From Candidatus Heimdallarchaeota archaeon (lineage in GTDB: Archaea > Asgardarchaeota > Heimdallarchaeia > JABLTI01), in contig JAUWKS010000029.1 in NCBI GenBank assembly GCA_030614005.1, positions 9,317 through 41,316 of the forward strand: a stretch of 32,000 nucleotides of DNA, given 5' to 3'. Numbering within the stretch: the first letter of the stretch is position 1; the number at the start of each line of letters is the position of its first letter. A program made the translations under genes and the position numbers. The notes under the pieces were generated by a model. That model had not been told where the DNA came from. It saw only the letters and a program-made list of their open reading frames with translations, and did not search any database. Shown piece after piece: positions 8,374-16,147 of this stretch.

Positions 8374-8952
8374 TTGTCTGACACTAAAACAAAAATAGTG
8401 AATAGATTAAATAAAAAAATTGATCAAATTCTAAAATTAAATGAAACTGAACTTTCAGAATACATTGATTTAATTATTAAACTTTTAAGTGATAATCATA
8501 TTATAATCAGTTTCCGCAAAAGAGATAGACTAATGATTAGTAGAAAAGGATTAAAGAAAGTAATTAAAAAACCTGATGCTGATTTTGATGAGATTTCTGA
8601 AATTATTTCTATTATAATATTAATAATACAAATACCTGATGATGATGAATTAATTTCCAAATATACAAAAAATAAGAAAATGATTTTCATTAGAAAAAAA
8701 ATCAAAGAATCTGGATTATTTAGTTTGGTTTTATCAAGAATGAGTATAACAAATGCTTTCTGCGATATACAATATGAATTGATTACAAGACATTTCAGAG
8801 AAAATGGATTGAATGATGATATAAAATTTTGTCAAATTGTAATTGAGTATAATGAATTGAATGACTACAAGAAAACCTTAATAGAACTTGATAAAAAGCA
8901 AATTCAATATTTAATTATAAAGCTTCAAAGTGCATTAAAAGAGCTAGCTTAA
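8374..8952 (+). CDS. Putative COMMD-like (COMM domain) protein
   Basis: 192 aa with a helical N-terminal region. The C-terminal ~65 aa FCDIQYELITR...FCQIVIEY...TLIELDKKQIQYLIIKLQSALKEL follow the COMM pattern by eye. Start codon TTG. Confidence 0.55.
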   Translation: MSDTKTKIVNRLNKKIDQILKLNETELSEYIDLIIKLLSDNHIIISFRKRDRLMISRKGLKKVIKKPDADFDEISEIISIIILIIQIPDDDELISKYTKNKKMIFIRKKIKESGLFSLVLSRMSITNAFCDIQYELITRHFRENGLNDDIKFCQIVIEYNELNDYKKTLIELDKKQIQYLIIKLQSALKELA

Positions 8953-8967
8953 AAGGAAGGTAATTCA

Positions 8968-9513
8968 ATGGATCAAAACAATATTCTTATCTATGATGAA
9001 AAAAAAGAAGCAAATTGTGAACCCGATATTGATGAGGATATAATTGTTTATGATTTGGAGCAATATAGACAAAATAGAGAAGCAACTCACATCTTTTTGT
9101 CTGCATTTAAAGTGATGAAAAAGGATTTTGATATTTATCCATTATACTCGAGTAATATACCATTTATAAGTAAATCCAAACAAGAATTAGAATTAACTCA
9201 CTCAATAAATGATACATTAGCAAATATTGAAGAGAAAATCACAATGATAAATAGAAATTTCGATGAAAAAATGAACGAAATAATAAATCGATTAGAATAT
9301 TTTGAAGATCTTTTGTGCAATAATAATGATGAAGAAGAGATTATAGTAATCAAAGATTATACTTACGATAAAGCCAGAAAAATTATTGAAGATCATTTAA
9401 AAAGTGTAAAAAGAAAAGTACCATTAGAAGAATTTATTTTAAACTTTGGCATTGACTTAACACTTGCAAATCAGATAATTACAGATTTATTAAAGGAAAA
9501 AAAAGTGAAATAG
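8968..9513 (+). CDS. Hypothetical protein: acidic N-terminus, coiled coil, C-terminal winged-helix-like domain
   Basis: Shine-Dalgarno AAGGAAGG. Heptads INDTLANIEEKITMINRNFDEKMNEIINRLEYFE. Tail IVIKDYTYDKARKIIEDHL...EEFILNFGIDLTLANQIITDLLKEKKV resembles small archaeal wHTH domains. Confidence 0.6.
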   Translation: MDQNNILIYDEKKEANCEPDIDEDIIVYDLEQYRQNREATHIFLSAFKVMKKDFDIYPLYSSNIPFISKSKQELELTHSINDTLANIEEKITMINRNFDEKMNEIINRLEYFEDLLCNNNDEEEIIVIKDYTYDKARKIIEDHLKSVKRKVPLEEFILNFGIDLTLANQIITDLLKEKKVK

Positions 9514-9517
9514 GAAA

Positions 9518-9703
9518 ATGACTACATATTATATAGCAAATGATGCAATTGAAGGGAAACAGATTTATTGCTATGCAAGAAAATACGACATTAGTGATAA
9601 AAAAGTTAGATGTAAAAGTAAACATCACTGTTACCTAATAAAATTAAGAAAATATGCGAAATGCATCATTGTTAAACCTGCTGTTGAATGGATCGAAGAT
9701 TAA
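9518..9703 (+). CDS. Small Cys/His-containing hypothetical protein
   Basis: 61 aa, begins 4 nt after the previous stop; contains C..C.SKHHC..C. Confidence 0.5.
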   Translation: MTTYYIANDAIEGKQIYCYARKYDISDKKVRCKSKHHCYLIKLRKYAKCIIVKPAVEWIED

Positions 9704-9800
9704 TAGTAAAAAATGATGGATTCCAAATTATAATAAAAATAATTTTTGAGTAGCAATATACAATTAGATTTTATTTATACTTGTTTTATTAAAATAAAAT

Positions 9801-9878
9801 TGGCAGGCCTGGACGGATTTGAACCGCCGACCTCTTGGTCCGAAGCCAAGCACGCTATCCAGGCTGCGCCACAGGCCT
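9801..9878 (-). tRNA. tRNA-Arg(TCG), CCA encoded
   Basis: Reverse complement: AGGCCTG-TG-GCGC-AGCCTGGATA-GCGT-G-CTTGG-CT-TCG-GA-CCAAG-AGGTC-GGCGG-TTCAAAT-CCGTC-CAGGCCT-G-CCA. Confidence 0.96.
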
Positions 9879-9958
9879 AACAATAATTTTTATTCAATCG
9901 GTTCGGTTTTTTAACTTTATGTTAATTACCGAAGCCGAGCATTCTATGGTTTCAATTG

Positions 9959-11203
9959 TTAATTAACAATCTTCTTGCTTCCTTGAGCTTCTTCTGAAGT
10001 CTCTCCACAAGCACTTCCCGCCAACCCAGCGGTGTTGTCAATTGATGACTGGAACTTCTTTAATCCTCTCTTAAGGATTATTCTTGCTGAATTTTCATCT
10101 CTATCTATGATTAATCCACAATTAGGGCAGCTATGAATTCTCATTGCCAAACTCTTTTCTACTATCGCTTCGCAGTCACTGCAGAGTTGAGTAGTATTAT
10201 ATGGATTTACTAAAATCATTACTTTTCCGCTTTCTACTGTTTTATACGAAAGGAAATTGCGAAATATTCCCCAAGAGACACTACCAATGCTTTTTGCTAA
10301 ATAGCGATTCTGCATCATATTTTCTATTTTTAAATCCTCAAGAGAAATTAAATCATAGGTATTCACTAATTTTGTTGCTTCTTTTTGGATGTAGTCTTTT
10401 CGTTGATTGCGAATCTTTTGGTGTATATTTGCTATCTTTAAACATTGTTTTCTCCAATTATTTGACCCTTTAACCATTCGCGATAATCTTCTTTGTTCTT
10501 TTGCTAAATTTTTCTCAAAAGAGTATATCCATTTTGGATTTTCGATAACATCACCATTGCTTAACGTTCCATATTTTGTTAATCCAACATCAATACCTAT
10601 TGCTTTATTTATGTCAATATTAGAATTAGGAATTTCTGAAGATATTTGAAAAACAATGAAAGCATACCATTGGTTAACATCTCGTTTTACTGTGAAGTTT
10701 TTATGATTGCTTTCTCAGGAATTGCTCTATCTATGACTACCTTAACTAAACCGATTTTTCCCAACTTTAATTTCTTATCAATTATTTTAAATCGATAACC
10801 ATTAGCATATTCGGTATATGTAAAGGATTTGTAATCTTTTCTTTTCTTAGATTTTGGTTTGCCCCATTTTGAATTTCCTTTTGCTCGTTCTTCAATAAAA
10901 CGTCCAAAGGCATAATCTACTCTTTTAGCGACATTCTGAAGTATATGAGCATTAGGGTCTTTGTAAGAAATGGTTCTCCTTCTTCATCTCTGGAAGTTGT
11001 TTTATCTGGTCAAAACAGCTAATGTATTTTCGTTCTTCCTTTGGAAAATCTTTGATTTTTTCATAATGATCGTGTCTTTGTTTTATGAAATCATTGTATA
11101 GTCGTCTGCAAGTTTCCACCCATTCTTTGAAAGTTTCCTCTTGTTTTTTAGTTGGATAAAGACGATATTTGAATGTTTTAGAAAATATTTTTTGACCAGA
11201 CAT
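9959..11203 (-). pseudogene. tnpB: IS200/IS605-family TnpB with two frameshifts
   Basis: Three frames join into KTFKYRLYPT...ILQNVAKRVDYAF..F...VKRD.NQWY...AIGIDVGL...ISLEDLKI...VNPYNTTQLCSDC...CPNCG..IDRDENSA. Frameshifts lie near 10960 (+1) and 10695 (-1). Confidence 0.92.
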
Positions 11204-11292
11204 TTCAACCACATTGTTACCGTATGGTTATATTATGGAATACGATATATTTAAGTATTATGGTAACCAAATGGTTAATGAGGACAAAAGAA

Positions 11293-11445
11293 ATGCCATT
11301 AGAATTTCGAAGAAAAGTAATTGACAATAACAAAAGTTTGATGGTAAATATTCCATATGAGATTGCTCAGCAATTAGAAATAAATAAAGGGGATACGATA
11401 ATTATTACTTATGAAGATGGATTTTTCAAATGTAGAAAGGGATAA
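11293..11445 (+). CDS. AbrB/MazE/SpoVT-family DNA-binding protein
   Basis: MPLEFRRKVIDNNKSLMVNIPYEIAQQLEINKGDTIIITYEDG is a swapped-hairpin signature. ATG 11293 with GAGGA upstream is preferred over 11224. Confidence 0.85.
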   Translation: MPLEFRRKVIDNNKSLMVNIPYEIAQQLEINKGDTIIITYEDGFFKCRKG

Positions 11446-11460
11446 TTTCTCAATAGAAAT

Positions 11461-11524
11461 TCACGTGGAGCGTTGTGAATCACTGTAAGTGTTGAACAGC
11501 GACGGCGTGAGTCTGCTCCGAGCA
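11461..11524. repeat. GC-rich imperfect hairpin, possible IS200/IS605 left end
   Basis: TCACG/CGTGA, CGTTG/CGACG and CTGT/ACAG stems inside very AT-rich DNA. CCGAGCA (11518-11524) recurs just past the tnpB stop (9936-9942). Confidence 0.4.
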
Positions 11525-11684
11525 AGAGTATTGAGATTTTTAATATTGATTTACAACCATTACTTGTTAAATTGGATTATTCTAACTGTTACATCAATAA
11601 TACAAGTATTTGACAAAGAAAAAAGTTAAATCAATTGATTATTTAACAAATAATCCTTAAAGAGAGTTAGCTGAAACTGATCCC

Positions 11685-13256
11685 TTATTTTTTAGATTCA
11701 ATTGTTAATAATGCGCTTTTTGAAATGTTTAATCGCTGTTTGATACTATCTAACTTTAACTCGAAATCATCCTCAGTATAATTAGTATTAGTAAAAACTT
11801 CAAACTTTGAAATCACATTTTTATCTGAGTCATATACTATAATTGTACTTTTTTCTGTTTGTAAACCATTCATATCAGGTATTTTTGATAATAGATTAAT
11901 CCTTAATTCGTGAGATTTTTCTATATCAATAAATGATTCATCTATTAATGTGTGAATTGTTTCCTTTTTCATGTTAAGATAGATAGCTATTAAAATTGAT
12001 TTTCTTAAATAATCCAATAGAGTAATAGAGAATTCTTTAATGCTCCCAAATTTCTCATTAATTCTTTTATGATTTTTCGCACCAATCGTACCCCCATGAA
12101 CGTATTTGCTTCTAATTTCATAAGCCTCCTTTATTAAACTAACAATTTTAGCCGGTTTATCTATAGATAAAATTCCAAGCAATTTTGCAATTCTTGATCG
12201 AAGCTTAAAGCTTAGCTCCCCAGGATCTGTACCTCTAAGATAAATCGCTTCTAATCCCATGATTGCATTAGCAATTCTTTCCTCATCAGTTTTACCATGA
12301 AAAATAGAATCCTTATATCGTAAAAAAGCAATTGAAAGGTAATCAACTTTCTTCTCTTCATTAATGTAGAAATTCTTTGGGAGTAAATTACTAAGTCTTT
12401 TCAAGAAACCAATTAATTCTTTAACATTATCTGGTGTTATGATTACTTTCTTTAAAGTAGGAAAAATAAATTGTCTGTTTCCCACTCTTACTGGAAAAAT
12501 TGGGTTCATAGTAGAAATAATGGAATCTGAGCTTAATTCATATCGAATGTATCTAACACTTCCAACTTGATATAGTATTATAATTGAAAGTACTTGTTCA
12601 ATCAGAATCTGAATTGCTCTTGGATTTCTAACTTCGCAAGTAAGGTTTAAGATTGCATCAGGGGGATAAAATAAATCTCTTTGAATAGCAAATGAATACT
12701 CGATTTTCTCAAAGTCTTCCTTTGAAGTTTGTTTAATCTCTAATATAGTTGAATTTACTTGAAATTCAAATGTAGGAGTTAAAACAACTAAATCTTTTAG
12801 TTCAATCTTTGCATATGAGCTTATGAGTTCATCATTGAGTTGCTTAAAGAATATATCTAATTTTCTTTTGATTATGCTATTATCAATTTTTTCTTCTTGA
12901 ATTGAAACTTTTATAATTGCATCTATAAAATCACTTTGCAATTTTATCTCATTTTCATTTGGATAATTTTCTTTTAACAATGACAATATTTTTTGATAAA
13001 GAGAAAATTCTAATATATCTTCTTTGAACTTCATTACTCTCTTATTACCATCAATATATTCAACTGGTTTGCTAGTCGTAGCAGGTCTTGCGCCTTCAAT
13101 ATCATATTCAAATTTCGTTACTTCTGTTTTGACAAATGAATTGTATATAATTGGTTTGAATTTAGTCTTTTCAATATTTTTCCGGACATAATCATAAATC
13201 TCTATTGAGTATTCCAATAAAGCATCTCTAAGGTTTCTAAATTTTTGATTGTTCAT
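11685..13256 (-). CDS. ApeA-like HEPN domain protein (predicted RNase)
   Basis: C-terminal RIANAIMGLEAIYL...LSFKLRSRIAKLL...AYEIRSKYVHGG has an intact Rx4H motif; long N-terminal domain. Confidence 0.8.
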   Translation of the reverse strand: MNNQKFRNLRDALLEYSIEIYDYVRKNIEKTKFKPIIYNSFVKTEVTKFEYDIEGARPATTSKPVEYIDGNKRVMKFKEDILEFSLYQKILSLLKENYPNENEIKLQSDFIDAIIKVSIQEEKIDNSIIKRKLDIFFKQLNDELISSYAKIELKDLVVLTPTFEFQVNSTILEIKQTSKEDFEKIEYSFAIQRDLFYPPDAILNLTCEVRNPRAIQILIEQVLSIIILYQVGSVRYIRYELSSDSIISTMNPIFPVRVGNRQFIFPTLKKVIITPDNVKELIGFLKRLSNLLPKNFYINEEKKVDYLSIAFLRYKDSIFHGKTDEERIANAIMGLEAIYLRGTDPGELSFKLRSRIAKLLGILSIDKPAKIVSLIKEAYEIRSKYVHGGTIGAKNHKRINEKFGSIKEFSITLLDYLRKSILIAIYLNMKKETIHTLIDESFIDIEKSHELRINLLSKIPDMNGLQTEKSTIIVYDSDKNVISKFEVFTNTNYTEDDFELKLDSIKQRLNISKSALLTIESKK

Positions 13257-13286
13257 TTGATATACCTCATTGAATTTGAGAGTTAC

Positions 13287-14324
13287 TCAAATTTTCCCTT
13301 TTGATTGAAGAAAACTAATAACAATAACAACAATCGAAATGATCAAAAATGATACAAAAAGTCCTGTATTCACACCATTAAACCAACCTGCAGTATTAGC
13401 AACCTTTTCAATAATAAAATCAATGATTACGTATCCTAACTGGACAAGGATTAAAAGCCACCAATTCTTACTTCCTTTGAAAGTAACAATTGCTGTGGCA
13501 AGTTGCTGTAGTTGGGGAGCGCTCAATCGCGGAGTTTCTCTTGAGTCAGTAACAAGTTGTGTTAATGATTCATTTAAATGATTAACTTTTTCTTCTACAC
13601 TACAGATAATCTGTTCTTGATTGATTGTTCGAGCTAATAGCTCTTGCTGAATATCATCATCTTCTAATTGCTCTATAATCTCTCGAACTTTGGTAACTTC
13701 TTCTTTAACAATGCCTACTTCTTGCTTAATTATTTGGAGGTGAGAAATTTGATTCATAACTTCTTCAGTTTCCATGTTATTAATGAAATCTTCAAACAAA
13801 GAAATTTGTGCTGAATCTAATTCGCCAGCATCTATCATTTTCCCTATTATGATTTCTCCTTCGCTACCTCTTCCTTCTAACTTAATAAGAGCTTTAGCGA
13901 AACCAAATTTAGCATCACTTGATGTTAGTGAATTCAAATCAGATTTTATTAAGCTAATAGCATTTGTAGCTTTCATTTCACCAAGTGCTAAAACAGATAA
14001 TATACGAACTGATTCCTCAGAATCTTGAGGCATACATTTTATAAGTTCAGGTTCTATTAAATGGATTTTAGTGGGAAATCTACGTCCAATTAATCCAAGT
14101 GCTTCAGCTGCAAGGGAGCGTATTTCCGGATCTTTATAATTTAAGACGGAAACTAATTTTGGAATCTGTTCTGTTGCATCTTGTTCTCTTGATGGTGCCA
14201 TATCTGCAGAATAAAAAGCTGATAGATCAATCGTTTGAAAAATAGAGATGAATTTCCTAATGTTACTTTTACTAATGCGTTGACTCATATCCTTTTCTTC
14301 TCCAATAAATAACTCAAAAACCAA
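13287..14324 (-). CDS. HEAT-repeat / coiled-coil / two-TM membrane protein
   Basis: HEAT-type repeats DPEIRSLAAEALGLIG and EESVRILSVLALGEM, a long heptad region, and two C-terminal hydrophobic helices. Confidence 0.75.
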   Translation of the reverse strand: MVFELFIGEEKDMSQRISKSNIRKFISIFQTIDLSAFYSADMAPSREQDATEQIPKLVSVLNYKDPEIRSLAAEALGLIGRRFPTKIHLIEPELIKCMPQDSEESVRILSVLALGEMKATNAISLIKSDLNSLTSSDAKFGFAKALIKLEGRGSEGEIIIGKMIDAGELDSAQISLFEDFINNMETEEVMNQISHLQIIKQEVGIVKEEVTKVREIIEQLEDDDIQQELLARTINQEQIICSVEEKVNHLNESLTQLVTDSRETPRLSAPQLQQLATAIVTFKGSKNWWLLILVQLGYVIIDFIIEKVANTAGWFNGVNTGLFVSFLIISIVVIVISFLQSKGKI

Positions 14325-14816
14325 TACTCATAGAAATACAAAAGGGTTTCCAACGAAGCATACTTTATTGCATTAAAATCAGAACATAAAGGAATATAGA
14401 ATTATAATAATTTAAACACTACGTAAGTGAGTAATAGAGAAATCAAAAGGGATGCAAAATAAGAAAAAATGCCCTAAAAATACTCAAAAGAAGAGAAATC
14501 GACTTGGTAAAAACAATTTTAAAAATAAACATTTTCAAATAATATTATTGTAGATAAAGAAAGAATTCATCAAATTTCTTGGTTGTATTTATTTAAGAGT
14601 AAATCTTTTAGACCAAAATTTAATCATCTCTAACTTAACTCTTCTAGAAAATAATAAACAACTTTTTACCTAATTTTATTATTTGCCAATCTTTCATTCA
14701 ATTAGTATATGAGATTTGAAAAAATAGGTTTAAATAATAAAAGACTGAATTATATCTTTAGAAGAGGAATTAAAATAAAAATGGCTTTTAAAAATTAGAA
14801 AAAGATATTATTAATT

Positions 14817-15722
14817 TTGATTGTTATTTTTTGTATTGTTGGTATTAATATATTTAATTACCATTTAATTAGACCTTTTGGTCAAAAAAGAAATCCAAAA
14901 TATATGGCTATTATACCTAAATATGAGAATAACACTTCTGTAAAAATTTCTATTTATATGGGGGGCAGTTATTTTGACTATTTGGGATTATCCAATGAAG
15001 ACATTAATGTAAATTCAATGAAAAAATATGGTTGTAAAATAGTTTTTGAAATAAATAACAGTGTCTACTTAGATATTCCAGAATATTTTGAACAAGGGAA
15101 TATCATCTGGGATTCACCGAATGAGTTTATCTATCCATATAAAGATACAGCAGAAATTGTTTATAAAAATGGAACAATAGATGACCCTTTTCATTTATCT
15201 GGTTATTTCATCGATGCAAGTGATTTGCAAATAAATGAAACATTAGAATTTGCAGGATATTTTGATGAAATGGTAACACAACCAACAAGAGAGAAATTTA
15301 TATTGGAATTATTTACTATCGGTGTTGATGAATTTGGTAAAGAGTTGAATATAGATATTGATGTTTATTTCGATGAATTGGATTTTTATGAAAAGGGTTA
15401 TGAAATCGAAGAAACAAATGGAGAACTCTCTTTTTATTTCATTGGAGCTCCAGTAATTTCAAATTTCATTACTAACATTTTCTCCATGGATCATTTGGAT
15501 AGAATTTTCTATAATATTCCAGTTCTTATTGAATACACTAAAAGAAGTAGTAGGAATATAGAATTTTTCGGAAATTTATTGATTGGATTATTATTACCTT
15601 TTGAGATTACCATATTACTAAAAGTTTTAAATTTTAATGAGAAAAACAAAACCAAGGATACAAAGGTTAAACAAAACTATATTCAAGTGTGTTACATCTC
15701 AACGAAAAGCGTTACTCATTAG
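14817..15722 (+). CDS. Hypothetical membrane-anchored protein
   Basis: 301 aa; hydrophobic N-terminus, acidic/aromatic middle, TM-like FFGNLLIGLLLPFEITILLKVL near the C-terminus. Confidence 0.6.
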   Translation: MIVIFCIVGINIFNYHLIRPFGQKRNPKYMAIIPKYENNTSVKISIYMGGSYFDYLGLSNEDINVNSMKKYGCKIVFEINNSVYLDIPEYFEQGNIIWDSPNEFIYPYKDTAEIVYKNGTIDDPFHLSGYFIDASDLQINETLEFAGYFDEMVTQPTREKFILELFTIGVDEFGKELNIDIDVYFDELDFYEKGYEIEETNGELSFYFIGAPVISNFITNIFSMDHLDRIFYNIPVLIEYTKRSSRNIEFFGNLLIGLLLPFEITILLKVLNFNEKNKTKDTKVKQNYIQVCYISTKSVTH

Positions 15723-15824
15723 AAAAAAACTCCAAAATACTGGAATAAACATGTGAGCGATTTGGTAACAAACAATGAAATAAAAAAGACGAAAGTTGAA
15801 CACTCATGTAGCCTTTAAAAAACG

Positions 15825-15867
15825 CCGAGAGGTTCGGCGGTTCAAATCCGTCCAGGCCTGCCAATTT
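15825..15867 (+). repeat. tRNA-Arg 3' half (att-like); contains a 34-bp perfect inverted repeat of 9797-9830
   Basis: CCGAG-AGGTTC-GGCGG-TTCAAAT-CCGTC-CAGGCCT-G-CCA-ATTT. Positions 15834-15867 equal the reverse complement of 9797-9830. Confidence 0.9.
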
Positions 15868-15942
15868 ATTTCTACTCTTTTTCATTGCCTAAAGATTTAA
15901 TAGTTAATTATTAACATCATTATATCATATAGTAAATTATTC

Positions 15943-16071
15943 ATGGAGAACAAAACTATGGACTGGTGGGTCATTTTACTAATCGTTCTTGGAAGCATTG
16001 TGGGTTTAATTGCCCTCGTTGTTATTGGCTTTATGGGTTTTCTAGCGATTACAGCTGATTCTAGAAAATAA
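15943..16071 (+). CDS. Small single-TM protein (42 aa)
   Basis: Not in the ORF track: MENKTMDWWVILLIVLGSIVGLIALVVIGFMGFLAITADSRK*. Confidence 0.6.
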   Translation: MENKTMDWWVILLIVLGSIVGLIALVVIGFMGFLAITADSRK

Positions 16072-16147
16072 CCCAATAGCTCTTATCCTCTTAAAGAATG
16101 CAAAAAAAACTTTGCATCACTTGTATAGTGGTGCATTTTTTACCTTT

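Larger units (their letters stand above)
8017..15867. mobile_element. tRNA-associated AT-rich genomic island; no integrase seen
   Basis: Bounded by tRNA 5' and 3' fragments, visibly more AT-rich than its flanks, with accessory cargo (TnpB, AbrB, HEPN, unknown ORFs) and only one CTCGAG site. Confidence 0.7.

Noticed and set aside
10687-10966. Programmed frameshifting to express full-length TnpB
   Set aside because: It would need two opposite shifts, no convincing slippery site plus stimulator was seen, and simple decay or sequencing error is more parsimonious.
14325-14816. Long AT-rich spacer with a 33-codon basic ORF
   Set aside because: No Shine-Dalgarno, structure or repeat; consistent with divergent promoter DNA in an AT-rich island.
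8017-15867. Integrase or provirus in the island
   Set aside because: No tyrosine or serine recombinase motifs and no capsid, packaging ATPase or replication genes were recognised, so it is called a relic island only.
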